From: an uncultured delta proteobacterium
Lineage (GTDB): Bacteria; Myxococcota_A; Polyangia; Polyangiales; Polyangiaceae
Direction: 5' to 3'
Assembly: GCA_963806225.1 (NCBI GenBank)
Contig: CAWDXG010000004.1
Span: forward strand, 4,224,001 to 4,288,000
DNA: 64,000 bases
The notes beneath the pieces were generated by a model. It saw only the letters and a program-made list of their open reading frames with translations. It did no database searches and was not told the DNA's origin. The position numbers were made by a program, and so were the translations under genes. Positions 1 through 13,040 of this stretch are shown here, piece after piece (positions within the stretch are counted from its first letter, which is position 1; each line of letters begins with the position of its first letter).

Positions 1-644
1 GCGTCCGTCTGCAGCGAGGCGTCGGGTGGTCGTGCCTGCCCCTTCGGGTGCGGCTGATCGTCGAAAAGAGCGTAGGAAAACCCCGAGGGTTCGCTCGTGA
101 GCGCGTGCACGGGATCCGTCGTGAACACGCAGCCTGAAGCATCGTAGACGAGCAGGCGCGCCTGGTATTCCGTGCCTGGCGTGAGCCCGTCGGTCGTGGT
201 CGCCGTGATCGGATCGGTGCCGCTCGAGAGCCGGAGCTCGTATTGACCGAGCTCCGGACTATCGGCCTGGGTCCACACCGAGCCGCCGGGGCCGTCGTTG
301 CCGCCGGACTGCGCGAGCTGGATGGCCGAATCGAGCGCGCCCGGAGAAGTGCCCAGGACAAGCTTGTACTGCACGAAGTCGTCGGCCTTCCCCTGTGGCG
401 TCCAACCCCAGCGCACGGTGTGCGGCGTCTCCCATACGCGCTTGAAGCCGGTGACGGTGAACGCGGGCGTGCAGGCCTGGGGCTGCGCGCTCTTCTGGCA
501 CTTGCTCGAGACGCACGCGAAGCCGTCGGGGCAAGGAGCCTCGACCGAGCAGCCCTTGCCGGAGTAGTCGATGTCACCCACGCTGCAGCCCGCAAGAAGC
601 GCGACGATCGCAGCGCTTGCAGACAACCACCGGAAGCGGGACAT
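1..644 (-). CDS. Secreted lipoprotein, possible fibronectin-III-like domain (runs off window start)
   Basis: Manual translation from ATG at 644: MSRFRWLSASAAIVALLAGC (lipobox LAGC), Cys-rich segment, then 'GLTPGTEYQARLLVYD', which resembles an FN3 strand; frame open to position 1. Confidence 0.6.
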   Translation of the reverse strand, partial: MSRFRWLSASAAIVALLAGCSVGDIDYSGKGCSVEAPCPDGFACVSSKCQKSAQPQACTPAFTVTGFKRVWETPHTVRWGWTPQGKADDFVQYKLVLGTSPGALDSAIQLAQSGGNDGPGGSVWTQADSPELGQYELRLSSGTDPITATTTDGLTPGTEYQARLLVYDASGCVFTTDPVHALTSEPSGFSYALFDDQPHPKGQARPPDASLQTD

Positions 645-693
645 CGATCGCTAGCCTAGAGCCGCGGGCACGGCCGTTGCTAGTCGGAGTGAC

Positions 694-1698
694 ATGAAGC
701 CAGCTTGCGCCCTGTTCTTCTGCGCCTTTTCAGCGCTGTCCGTCGTTGCCTGCGGTTCCGGCAAAAAAGCGGCAGGATCCAACGGATCCGGTGGGTCCGC
801 AGGATCCGCCACAGGCGCCGGTGGGTCGGGTGCAAGCAGCGCTGCGACGGGCGGTACGGCTGGCAGCAGTGGAAGCGCCGGCAGCGGCGCGGGCGGCGCG
901 GGCGGCGCGGGCGTCGACGGTGGTGCAGGAACGGGCGGCGCCGGGGGCTCGCCGAGCTCGACCTTCACGCCGTACTTCTTCGACGGCTTCGAGAGCTACG
1001 CCGACGGCGACTCGCTCTCCGGAAACAAGCCGTTCGACGCGGCAGGTCGCAGCTCCGCCTCCAGCGAGCAGGCACACCGTGGAAAGCAGTCCGCGAAAAT
1101 GGAGATCCACGCGGGCGACGGTGGCGGATTCGGCAAGTGGGGCGGCATCCTTCCGATCAAGCCCCATCTCGGCAAGGGCCAGGAAGTCTGGGTGCGGCTG
1201 TGGGTGATGTGGCCGAAGAGCTTCCAGTTCAGCGCCTCGCCGTGGATGAAGTTCCTGAGGCTGCACAACCGCACCTTCGACGGGAAGAACGGCGGCTACA
1301 ACGACCTGTACGTCGACCAGGCGGACAGCACGACAAGTGTGCTTCGCACCATCAAGGAGATCGACAACAAGTGGGCCGTCTACGACGGACCCAGCCTTCC
1401 GCGCGACACCTGGGAGCGCTACGAGATGTACCTGTACATCGACGACAAGTCGGTCGACGCAGGCGGCAACGGGCGCGTGCGCATCTGGCGCAACGACGAG
1501 CTCATTTTCAATCGCACCGACGTGCCGACAATCACCGAGGGCGGCGGCAGCATCGACTACTTCTACCTCTTCACCTACTGGAACAACGAGCAGCCGCCCG
1601 ACAACTACTGCTACGTCGACGACCTCGCCATCGCGACCAGCGCGAGCCCACCGCCCAACAAGGACGCCCAGGGCAACGCGTACATCGGCAACTGGTAG
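694..1698 (+). CDS. Lipoprotein with Gly/Ser linker and beta-sandwich (polysaccharide lyase/ConA-like) domain
   Basis: Signal peptide ending VVAC, GSGG linker, 'FFDGFES...EVWVRLWVMWP...WERYEMY...GRVRIWRN...YVDDLAIAT' pattern. Confidence 0.6.
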   Translation: MKPACALFFCAFSALSVVACGSGKKAAGSNGSGGSAGSATGAGGSGASSAATGGTAGSSGSAGSGAGGAGGAGVDGGAGTGGAGGSPSSTFTPYFFDGFESYADGDSLSGNKPFDAAGRSSASSEQAHRGKQSAKMEIHAGDGGGFGKWGGILPIKPHLGKGQEVWVRLWVMWPKSFQFSASPWMKFLRLHNRTFDGKNGGYNDLYVDQADSTTSVLRTIKEIDNKWAVYDGPSLPRDTWERYEMYLYIDDKSVDAGGNGRVRIWRNDELIFNRTDVPTITEGGGSIDYFYLFTYWNNEQPPDNYCYVDDLAIATSASPPPNKDAQGNAYIGNW

Positions 1699-1859
1699 GT
1701 CCTCGGCCGGAGGCTTGAGGCCTGTTCACTGCCTTTGGCGATGAGCCATCGCCAGGCAACGGCACCCGGCTGGAGACGGCGTCGCGGGCGGCCTCGGCGA
1801 TCGCGCGGAATCTCTTGTCCTGTACTTGATATATGTTCAGCTAACACTAGGTTGCCTGC

Positions 1860-2794
1860 ATGTTTTCTGGGGTAGCCGTCGCGTCGACGCGGCCGACCGG
1901 CGTGGTGGCGAGCGGAGCGCGTGCGGCTCCGCCGGACGAGGCGGTGCGGCTCGATGCGCGGCTCGCGGAGCTGGTGCGGGGCGAGAGCCGGACGCGACTC
2001 GTGCTGGGTGAGCTGCTGGAGCTTCTGGCGCGGCGAGGCGGGCATCACGAGCTCGGGTTCTCGTCGCTGGGTGCCTATGCGCGGGAGCGCTGCGGGCGGA
2101 GTGCTCGTTGGGCGAACGAGTCGCGCTTGCTCGCAGAGCGCGTGGCGAAGCTGCCGCAGCTTCGCGCGGCGCTGTCGGGCGGCGCCATCGGCTGGTGCAT
2201 GGCGGAGCTCGTCGCGCGTCAAGCGACCGCGGAGACGGACGCGGAGCTGACGAAGCTGGCCACGCGCTCGACCGTGCGCGAGATGCGCGCGCGACGGGTC
2301 GCGAAGCCAGGCTCGAGCGATCTTCCCGTGGATGTGCTGTCGCAGAGTCGCGTCCAGCCCGCGGATGTCGAGATGGTGACGCTCGGCGTGACGCTGAGCC
2401 CGGCGGATGCCTGGCTGTGGCAGTGGACGCGACGCTTCGCGGAGCACGCTCTCGGCGAGCGCTCGCCGGCGTGATGCAGAAGCACCTCTCGCGCGACGCC
2501 AGCTTCGCACGCCTGTTGTGCGACACGTTCTGGAAAGCGTGGCGGCACCTCACCGAGCGAAACGAGAAGTACGCCCACATCTACGCGCGCGACCGCTACA
2601 CGTGCGTGAGCCCCGTGTGCTCGCGCCACGATGTCACGCCGCACCACGTCCGGTTCCGGTCACAGGGCGGCAGCGACGACGACGAGAACGTCATCGCCCT
2701 GTGCACCTGGTGTCACCTGGAGGGTGTACACGGCGGCCGTCTGGGAGTGACGGGAAGCGCGGGCAACTTGAAGTGGGAGCTGGGGCGGCGCTGA
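1860..2794 (+). pseudogene. DUF222-like/HNH endonuclease gene, split into two frames near 2470
   Basis: N-terminal ORF 1860-2474 (LGFSSLGAYARERCG); second frame has RDRYTCVSPVC...[30 protein letters not shown] (HNH motif). Confidence 0.7.
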
Positions 2795-2801
2795 GGAAGC
2801 G

Positions 2802-5910
<3,109 letters not shown>

Positions 5911-6013
5911 CCCCTGAACATAGCCGACAGTGCAGGGTCGTTGCAGGCTCCGAAGCTCTGCTATGTTCCCGCCGGGCTGCCACTGCCGGCCTCCCGATAT
6001 CCGCATTCAGGAC

Positions 6014-7090
6014 GTGACCAACCCTTCGACCGAGCAAACCGCATTCGCTGCCGCCACGGACGGCGAAGAGCCCGAAGAGTCGTCGGCGGGCAATGGCGGC
6101 AGGGCACCGAACGGCTCTGCCGGGGACGGCGGATTGTCGGCCGACTCCGAGCCCGAGGTCATCGAAGGGTCGCCACCGGAGCCGCGCAGCGAAGGCCCGC
6201 TGTCCTGGCGCCTGGCCGGTGTGATCAAGACCATCCGCCCGCACCAGTGGGTGAAGAACGTCTTCGTCCTCGCCCCGGTGGTGTTCGCGAAGGAGATCTT
6301 CGATCCGCTGCTCCTGATGCGGGCGATCGGCGCGTTCGGCGTGTTCTGCCTCCTGGCCGGCGCGGTCTACACCATCAACGACCTTGCCGATGTGCAGGCC
6401 GACCGCGAGCATCCGGTCAAGCGCTTCCGCCCCATCGCTTCCGGTCGCGTGCCCGTGCCGGCGGCGCGTTGGCTCGCCGTCGGGCTTGTCGCGCTGGCGC
6501 TGGCCGGCGCTGCGTACGGACCGCCGCAGTTCCTCGCCGTAGCGCTCGCGTACTTCTTGATGAACCTGGCGTACTCGTTCAAGCTCAAGCACGTCGCGTA
6601 CGTTGACGTGAGCATCATCTCCGCCGGCTTCGTCTTGCGGGTGATGGCGGGCGGCTACGGCACGCGTATCCACGTTTCGGACTACCTGCTGGTCTGCACG
6701 GCGCTGCTCGCGCTGTTCCTCGGTTTCGGCAAGCGGCGCCACGAGCTCGCGCTGGCGAAGGCCGGCTTCGGCAAGACGCGCGCGGCGCTCGAGTCGTACA
6801 CGCAGCGCGGCATCGACACCGCGCTCATCGTCACGGCGATCGCGACCATCGTCACCTACTTCAGCTACACGCTCGACCCGCGCACCCGCGCCTTCTTCCA
6901 CTCGGACTGGCTGTTCGTCAGCACGGGCTTCGTGGTGCTCGGGGTGCTGCGCTTTTTGCATCTGGTTCGTGCCCGCCCCAAGGCCGAGAGCCCGACGCAG
7001 GAGATGCTCAAGGACGGCCCCTTCGTCGGCATCATGCTCGGCTGGGTGATCCTGGTGATGTGGATGGTCTATAACCTCAGGCCCGGTTGA
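6014..7090 (+). CDS. UbiA-family prenyltransferase (decaprenyl-phosphate phosphoribosyltransferase-like)
   Basis: RPHQWVKN, YTINDLADVQADREHPVKRFRPIASG, multiple TM segments; start inferred. Confidence 0.85.
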   Translation: MTNPSTEQTAFAAATDGEEPEESSAGNGGRAPNGSAGDGGLSADSEPEVIEGSPPEPRSEGPLSWRLAGVIKTIRPHQWVKNVFVLAPVVFAKEIFDPLLLMRAIGAFGVFCLLAGAVYTINDLADVQADREHPVKRFRPIASGRVPVPAARWLAVGLVALALAGAAYGPPQFLAVALAYFLMNLAYSFKLKHVAYVDVSIISAGFVLRVMAGGYGTRIHVSDYLLVCTALLALFLGFGKRRHELALAKAGFGKTRAALESYTQRGIDTALIVTAIATIVTYFSYTLDPRTRAFFHSDWLFVSTGFVVLGVLRFLHLVRARPKAESPTQEMLKDGPFVGIMLGWVILVMWMVYNLRPG

Positions 7091-7126
7091 TGCCCGCGCG
7101 CAGCCCCGGGATCGCAAAGCTTTCCC

Positions 7127-7855
7127 ATGGCCACTGTTGAAGCGGGCGCGCCCGACGCCCGAGCCATCGTCAAGGGCGGCAGTGGGCCGTGGGCGGACCT
7201 GGGCCTGACGCTGCCCATCTTCGTCGCCTACCACCTCGGCGTGGTGTTCCTGCCGGTGCGCAACGCCGCCGACGTTGTCACCCGCGAGCTCGTCACCCTC
7301 GCCGATCACAGCATCCTCGCCTACAGCGGCCTCACGCTCGCCATCGGCGCCGTCTATGTCGGCATCCTGCTCGTGCTCGGCCGCGGTCACACGCTGCGCT
7401 GGAGCCGCTTTGGCATGGTCGCGGCCGAGGGCGTTCTGTACGCGATCGCCATGCGCATGGCTGCGGCGTACGTCGTGGGCCGCCTGCACCTCGGCGGCGC
7501 AGGCGTCGTGCACGACCGCTTCACCGGCCTCGTGATGGCTCTGGGAGCTGGTTTCTACGAGGAAATCGCCTTCCGCGTTGTCCTCTTCGGCCTCGGCGCC
7601 AAGCTCCTGAAGATCCTGGTTCCGATGCCGGTGCCGTTCAAGGAAAAGCTCCTGACCGTCGGCTGGGGCGTTATCGCTGCAGGCCTGTTCAGCGCCTGGC
7701 ACTACATCGGCCCGCTCGGCGATCCCTTCCAGCTGCAGTCCTTCGTGTTCCGTTGGGTGTGCGGCATGGCCTTCGTCGCCATCTACGCCTTCCGCGGCTT
7801 CGCCCCCGCCGTGTGGACGCACGCGCTGTACGATATCTGGGTGATGGTGCTCTAG
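7127..7855 (+). CDS. CPBP (Abi/CAAX protease-like) intramembrane glutamic endopeptidase
   Basis: EEIAFR, FSAWH, HALYD motifs. Confidence 0.85.
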   Translation: MATVEAGAPDARAIVKGGSGPWADLGLTLPIFVAYHLGVVFLPVRNAADVVTRELVTLADHSILAYSGLTLAIGAVYVGILLVLGRGHTLRWSRFGMVAAEGVLYAIAMRMAAAYVVGRLHLGGAGVVHDRFTGLVMALGAGFYEEIAFRVVLFGLGAKLLKILVPMPVPFKEKLLTVGWGVIAAGLFSAWHYIGPLGDPFQLQSFVFRWVCGMAFVAIYAFRGFAPAVWTHALYDIWVMVL

Positions 7856-7923
7856 GTATCGCTTCTCAGGGATGTCCGATGCGGCCCTTGACGCGCCGTC
7901 CGCCCCGGCGCGATCCTGGGTTC

Positions 7924-8955
7924 ATGGTGAAGCGCGATTTCGTTCGCGTCATCGAGAACGCTTATGCCAGCGCGCCGGACTGCGAGTCGTGGTTCTGCGG
8001 CATTGCAGATGTGGTGCGACCCTGTTGCGACCAGGGACTGGGCGCGCAGGTGTACGCGTACGACATGCGGCGTCCCGGGGAGTTCCGCGTGAGCGCTTGC
8101 GCGACCACCGGGAATTCGCCCGTGGATGGGCCGACCATCGAGGCCATTACCCGCACGTTTCCTCCGCAGGTGGCGCACGCCTACCACGCGCCGGGCGGAA
8201 CGCACTCCGTGAGGGAACTGGTTCCGCGCGTGACACGCGAGACCAGCATCAGACTCGCCCCTGTTCTTGGCGAGACATTCAGTCGGCACGGCATTCACGA
8301 CGTTCTGGGCGTTGGCGCCGGCGATCCCGCTGGCGTCGGCTGCATCATCACGTTCCCGTCGCCGCAGCCTATCCGGCTTTCTCCGCGGCTGCGCCGCACG
8401 CTGTCACACGTGGGCGCGCACGTGGCTGCCGGGTTTCGCCTGCACTACGCTCCGGGTGCCGCGCCCGGGAGTCTCGAGCGAACCGAGCCGGAAGCTGCCG
8501 ACGCGGTGCTGGGCCCCGATGGTGACCTGCTGCACGCTGCCGGGCCGGAAGCCACAACCGCGCGCTCGGCGCTGTCCCGCTTCGTCGAACGCCGTGCGCT
8601 GGCCCGCGGTCGGCTCAGGCGCGAGAGCCCTGCACAGGCAGTGGAGCTGTGGAAGGCGCTCTTGCAGGGCGAGTGGAGCGTCGTTGACCACGTGGATACA
8701 GACGGTAAGCGCCTGCTGCTTGCGCGCCGCAATCGCCCAGCGGTAGGCGACCCGGGGGCGCTCACGCTGCGCGAGCGCCAGATCGTCGCCTACGCCGCCC
8801 TGGGCCATTCGATCAAGTTCATCGGCTACGAGCTTGGTCTGTCCCCGTCCACCGTCAGCGCCCATCTGAAGAGCGCCCTTCGCAAGCTCCGCCTGCGCGA
8901 TCGGTCGGAGCTTTCCCGGGTGGTGGGCAGCACGGCGAAACGCTCCAACGATTGA
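7924..8955 (+). CDS. LuxR-family HTH transcriptional regulator
   Basis: C-terminal LTLRERQIVAYAALGHSIKFIGYELGLSPSTVSAHLKSALRKL. Confidence 0.85.
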   Translation: MVKRDFVRVIENAYASAPDCESWFCGIADVVRPCCDQGLGAQVYAYDMRRPGEFRVSACATTGNSPVDGPTIEAITRTFPPQVAHAYHAPGGTHSVRELVPRVTRETSIRLAPVLGETFSRHGIHDVLGVGAGDPAGVGCIITFPSPQPIRLSPRLRRTLSHVGAHVAAGFRLHYAPGAAPGSLERTEPEAADAVLGPDGDLLHAAGPEATTARSALSRFVERRALARGRLRRESPAQAVELWKALLQGEWSVVDHVDTDGKRLLLARRNRPAVGDPGALTLRERQIVAYAALGHSIKFIGYELGLSPSTVSAHLKSALRKLRLRDRSELSRVVGSTAKRSND

Positions 8956-9009
8956 CCATGGAGCGGCCCGGCGGGCGCATGGAACACTCTGTTCAGGGAT
9001 GCGCTGCGA

Positions 9010-9381
9010 ATGGCATCACGTAGACATCGTCGGCGCCGGAACCCGGAGACGCCCGCTGGAAACGGACGGAGCGGCTCTCCTGCCGCCCTGGAGGTCGCGC
9101 CGCCGGGTGATCTTCGCGCCTACCGTTTCGACACGGGCGGCGACGAGTTCGCCGTGTTCGAGATACCGTTGCCCAGGCCGGAGGCACCGGGCGCATTCGC
9201 GTCACTGACCGCCGCCGAGAAGAGCGTCCTGGGACTGTTGCTCGAGGGCGCGACCAACGCCGCGATTGCCCACGCGCGTGGCACCTCCGTGCATACGGTC
9301 GCCAACCAGGTCGCTGGCATCTTCCGCAAGCTGGACGTCCGGAGCCGCTACGAGCTCTACGCGCGATGCGCGCGCGCCTAG
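9010..9381 (+). CDS. Small LuxR-family HTH regulator
   Basis: LTAAEKSVLGLLLEGATNAAIAHARGTSVHTVANQVAGIFRKLDVRSR. Confidence 0.8.
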   Translation: MASRRHRRRRNPETPAGNGRSGSPAALEVAPPGDLRAYRFDTGGDEFAVFEIPLPRPEAPGAFASLTAAEKSVLGLLLEGATNAAIAHARGTSVHTVANQVAGIFRKLDVRSRYELYARCARA

Positions 9382-9440
9382 AGTGGACACTGCGTGCACC
9401 GACCCCGCAGTGCTTGCCGCGGAGGGGCGTGGCGCGCGGT

Positions 9441-10178
9441 CTAGCTCTGCCCGGCCAACACAAACCGTTCCACGTTGCCTTTCGGACCCGGCACGCTCGA
9501 GTCGCACTCGGCGGTGATGTGGAGACCTTCCGCGCTGATGGCGCTGCGGGCGCGTTCTATGGCGGCCTCGCGGAGAGCGGGATCCTTGATCACGCCGCGG
9601 TGGCGCCGCGCCTGCTCCCGGCCGGCCTCGAACTGCGGCTTGACCATCGCGAGCAGGCGCCCGCCGGGACGTAGCAGACGGCCGAGCGCGGGCATCAGCT
9701 TGTCGAGGCTGATGAACGAGGCGTCGATGACGATCAAGTCGATCGGCTCGGTGAACTGTGCCGGCTCGAGGTGGCGCGCGTTGGTGCGATCCATCACGAT
9801 CACGCGCGCGTCGTCCTGGAGTTTTTGTGCGAGCTGTCCCTGTCCGACGTTGACGGCGTACACGCGCGCGGCGCCATGCTGCAGCAGACAATCGGTGAAA
9901 CCGCCGGTGGACGCGCCGACATCGATCGCCACGAGCCCGGTCACATCGAGCGCCAGTTCCGCGAGCGCGCCCTCCAGCTTGTGTCCGCCCCGCGACACGA
10001 AGCGTTCTCCGCCGCGCACCTCGAGCTCGATGTCCCCGGATAATAGCGTGCCGCTCTTTTCGATGCGCTGCTCTCCGGAGAATACGCGTCCCGCGAGCAG
10101 CAGAGCCTGGGCCTTCGCGCGCGACTCCGCGAGCCCGCGCTCGACCAGCAGCAGATCGGCGCGTTTCTTCCCGCTCAC
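9441..10178 (-). CDS. tlyA: TlyA-family rRNA (cytidine-2'-O)-methyltransferase
   Basis: S4 domain KRADLLLVERGL, FVSRGGHKL, DVGASTGGFTDCLLQ, VKPQFE, GPKGNVE. Confidence 0.92.
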   Translation of the reverse strand: MSGKKRADLLLVERGLAESRAKAQALLLAGRVFSGEQRIEKSGTLLSGDIELEVRGGERFVSRGGHKLEGALAELALDVTGLVAIDVGASTGGFTDCLLQHGAARVYAVNVGQGQLAQKLQDDARVIVMDRTNARHLEPAQFTEPIDLIVIDASFISLDKLMPALGRLLRPGGRLLAMVKPQFEAGREQARRHRGVIKDPALREAAIERARSAISAEGLHITAECDSSVPGPKGNVERFVLAGQS

Positions 10179-11050
10179 GGGATCTTCGCCTCCGGGTGCA
10201 GCGCGCGAGCCAGCACCGCGAGCCCGTCGGCAATGCGCGGCCCCGGTCTGAGCACGCGGTCGTCCGTGATGCGGACCAGGTGCCCCTGCTTCAGCGCGCG
10301 CAGATCCTTCCATCCTGGTGCGTCGGCGCTGACTCCGCCGCCGGTCGCCTCGGCGCCATCGGCCGGCGTCGCGTCGACCACCACGTCGGGATCGAGCGCG
10401 AGCACGCGCTCGACTCCCAGTGTCGGATAGCGCGTGCCCTTCGTGACGACGTTCTGCGCGCCGGCGAGCCGCAGGATCTCCGCAGGGAAGCCTCCTGGCC
10501 CAGCTACTACGATCGGCCGGACACCGAACACGAGCAGCGCCTTCGGTTGCGGCAGTCCCTTGACCGCGTCGAGCACCTGCTTCCGCCGTGCGCGGACGCG
10601 GTCGACCAGGCGTTTCCCTGCGGCCGGATCGCCAACGCGCCTGGCGAGGCCGAGAAGCATCGCGTCGATCTGTGCCATCGACCCTGTGGGCGGAAAATAG
10701 GTGGCTATGCCGCGCTTCTTCAGCCGATCGACGACCTCGTGACCGCCCGGTCCCTGCGCGCCGATCACCAGGTCGGGAGCCAGACCCAGGATGGCCTCGT
10801 AGCTCGGGTCGATGAAGCCGCCGACCGACGGCACCTTCTTCGCCGCGGGCGGGTAGTCGTCGAAGCGCGAGCGTCCGACCAGGCGCTTGCCTGCCCCGAG
10901 CGCGAACAGCGCCTCGGTTGTGCTGGGCGACAGCGAGATGATGCGCTGCGGCGTCGCCGGATGGCTGCGCTCGGCGTGGTGATCGCAGCCGGCGAACGCG
11001 CACATGACTGCCGTCAACGCGAAAACAAGCAGAACGGCACGGCGCATCAC
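10175..11050 (-). CDS. Helical-backbone metal receptor (BtuF-like ABC substrate-binding lipoprotein)
   Basis: RIISLSPSTTEALFALG, LVGRSRFDDYP, RPGPRI motifs; lipobox FAGC. Confidence 0.85.
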   Translation of the reverse strand: MMRRAVLLVFALTAVMCAFAGCDHHAERSHPATPQRIISLSPSTTEALFALGAGKRLVGRSRFDDYPPAAKKVPSVGGFIDPSYEAILGLAPDLVIGAQGPGGHEVVDRLKKRGIATYFPPTGSMAQIDAMLLGLARRVGDPAAGKRLVDRVRARRKQVLDAVKGLPQPKALLVFGVRPIVVAGPGGFPAEILRLAGAQNVVTKGTRYPTLGVERVLALDPDVVVDATPADGAEATGGGVSADAPGWKDLRALKQGHLVRITDDRVLRPGPRIADGLAVLARALHPEAKIP

Positions 11051-11307
11051 GCCCGACGCGTAGCATCCCCGAAAGGAAAACAGCGCGTGCGGAGGGAAGA
11101 TCCCGACCGAAGCTGCGTAGGAGCGTGGGTTGCAGGGATACGAAAGCGTGGAGACCCAGCGTTACGCATCGCGTCACAAGTTGGTTGACCTGCTCCGAGA
11201 AGATGCGCCAGCATGCGCTCCGAGAGGACGGCTGTTCCGTCCAAGTGGCTTGGGGCCCGTTGACAGAGGTTTGCTTGGTTGCCGGGGCTCCCGCGATGCG
11301 TCGTTGA

Positions 11308-12141
11308 TTGGAGGAGGCAATGGTGAAAGCGTTGAAGCTCAGCGTGGCGGCGTCTGCCGCCCTCATGTGTGTGATGACGGCCGGTCTGGCGTCGGCGCAG
11401 GAAGCCGGCGGAACCGCCAGCGCGTCGGGTCAGGCGGGCATGGCCCTTCCCGGCGCAGCCCCCCAGGCTGCTGCGACCACGGGCGATTCCGACCATGATC
11501 AGGTCGTCGGTCGGCTCGCCGTCGGCTACATGGGACGGGTCGGGGTTCCGGTTGCGACCGGTTTCAATGCGGGTCCGCCCGCGACGGTTGCGACGACCAA
11601 CATCGACGCGCCGACCATCGGTGTCCGTTACTGGATCGACCAGATGATCGGTCTCGACGTGGGCCTCGGCATGGGGATGGCGGGCGGCAGCGTGACCACC
11701 GATCCGGGTGGTAACAGCGTGGATGACCAGGGGGCCACGGCGTTCCTGATCCACGGCGGTCTGCCCCTGTCGCTGGCGTCGGCCGGGCACTTCAGCTTCG
11801 AGATCGTTCCCGAGCTGAACGTCGGCTTCGGCAGCTCGTCGTACAAGGCCCCGGGCACTCCGCCGGCGCAGGCGGATGTCGACTACAGCGGCTTCCTGTT
11901 CGACATCGGCGCGCGCGCCGGCGCCGAAATCCACTTCGGTTTCATGGGCATCCCGCAGCTCTCGCTGCAGGGCAGCATCGGCCTGCTCTACCAGATGCAG
12001 AGCGTCAAGGTGACGCAGAAGGCCTTCCAGAATAACCCGGAGCAGTCGGTCAAGCACTCGACCTGGCGCTTCGCAACGACGGTGAACGATAACCCCTGGA
12101 ACATCTTCACCAGCAACGTCGCCGCTCTGTACTACTTCTGA
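11308..12141 (+). CDS. Outer-membrane beta-barrel protein
   Basis: Signal peptide, amphipathic beta strands, C-terminal aromatic ending ALYYF. Confidence 0.65.
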   Translation: MEEAMVKALKLSVAASAALMCVMTAGLASAQEAGGTASASGQAGMALPGAAPQAAATTGDSDHDQVVGRLAVGYMGRVGVPVATGFNAGPPATVATTNIDAPTIGVRYWIDQMIGLDVGLGMGMAGGSVTTDPGGNSVDDQGATAFLIHGGLPLSLASAGHFSFEIVPELNVGFGSSSYKAPGTPPAQADVDYSGFLFDIGARAGAEIHFGFMGIPQLSLQGSIGLLYQMQSVKVTQKAFQNNPEQSVKHSTWRFATTVNDNPWNIFTSNVAALYYF

Positions 12142-12161
12142 TACACTCGAAGCTCGGGCTT

Positions 12162-12194
12162 TTCCGGGGTGCGGAAGTCCTCCGCGCCCCGGAA
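12162..12194 (+). terminator. Stem-loop after the outer-membrane protein gene
   Basis: ttccggggtgcgga-agtcc-tccgcgccccggaa, 14-bp stem; lacks a strong U-tract on the + strand. Confidence 0.5.
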
Positions 12195-12223
12195 GGTCGA
12201 TCCTTCGGCGATGGGAGTGCGCC

Positions 12224-12940
12224 ATGAGGTTTCGTAGCTTTTCGATGATCGGGGCGGCGGCGTTGGCCATCGGCTGCGGCAGCGCGGGGTCGGGGTCGGT
12301 GGGGTCGTTCGGTGGCACCGGGACGCCGGCCAGTGGCAGCCAGCCGCCGAGCAACGGCAGCACGGTGCCGGGGAATCCAAACCAGCCGCAGAACGCCAGC
12401 ACCACGCCCGGCGGGGCCGGGGTGTGTTCCACGGCGTGCGCGCTCGCTGCCAAGTACCCCTGTGTCGTGATGGACCTGCCCGCGGGTGACTGCGTCATGC
12501 AGTGCGAGACGGCATTGGCGAACGGTGGCCTTGGAGCTTCTCTGGACTGCGTCAAGGCTTCCCTGGTCATGTTCAAGTGCGCCGATGCGCAAGGCGGCGT
12601 GAGCTGTCCGGCGGACGGAGGCGATCCCCAGTTCACCGACGCGGCAACGGCCGCCTGCTCGCAGTACGTGCAGGCGACGGTCGACGCCTGCGGCAACGAT
12701 CAGCAGCAGGGCGGGTCCTGCGATCCCAGCATCGGCTGCGACGGCTGCCAGAACGACTGCGACAAGTGCAAGTGCCAGACTGGCGGCGGGGCGAGCTGCG
12801 ACAGCGTCTGCGGTACGCCCAACAACAACACGTGCACGTTGAGCGGCGATCAGTGCGTGGGCTGCGCCGACGCCTGCAGCCAGTGCACCTGCCTCGCGGG
12901 CGGCGACCCGACGAACTGCACCACGCAGTGCGCCGGCTGA
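12224..12940 (+). CDS. Cys-rich lipoprotein
   Basis: Lipobox AIGC, many CxxC pairs. Confidence 0.7.
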   Translation: MRFRSFSMIGAAALAIGCGSAGSGSVGSFGGTGTPASGSQPPSNGSTVPGNPNQPQNASTTPGGAGVCSTACALAAKYPCVVMDLPAGDCVMQCETALANGGLGASLDCVKASLVMFKCADAQGGVSCPADGGDPQFTDAATAACSQYVQATVDACGNDQQQGGSCDPSIGCDGCQNDCDKCKCQTGGGASCDSVCGTPNNNTCTLSGDQCVGCADACSQCTCLAGGDPTNCTTQCAG

Positions 12941-13040
12941 GGCGCTGACGGCCGCCACCGGCCGCCAGTCGCCTCGCCACCCCCTGACGTAGTGAAATCA
13001 CGGAGTTAGCGCCCGGCGCGCGGCGTGCAGTGCCGCGGGC

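Noticed and set aside
8983..8995. GAAC-N5-GTTC palindrome before the small LuxR gene as an SOS box
   Set aside because: Spacing does not fit the GAAC-N4-GTTC type and the match to the myxobacterial consensus is poor.
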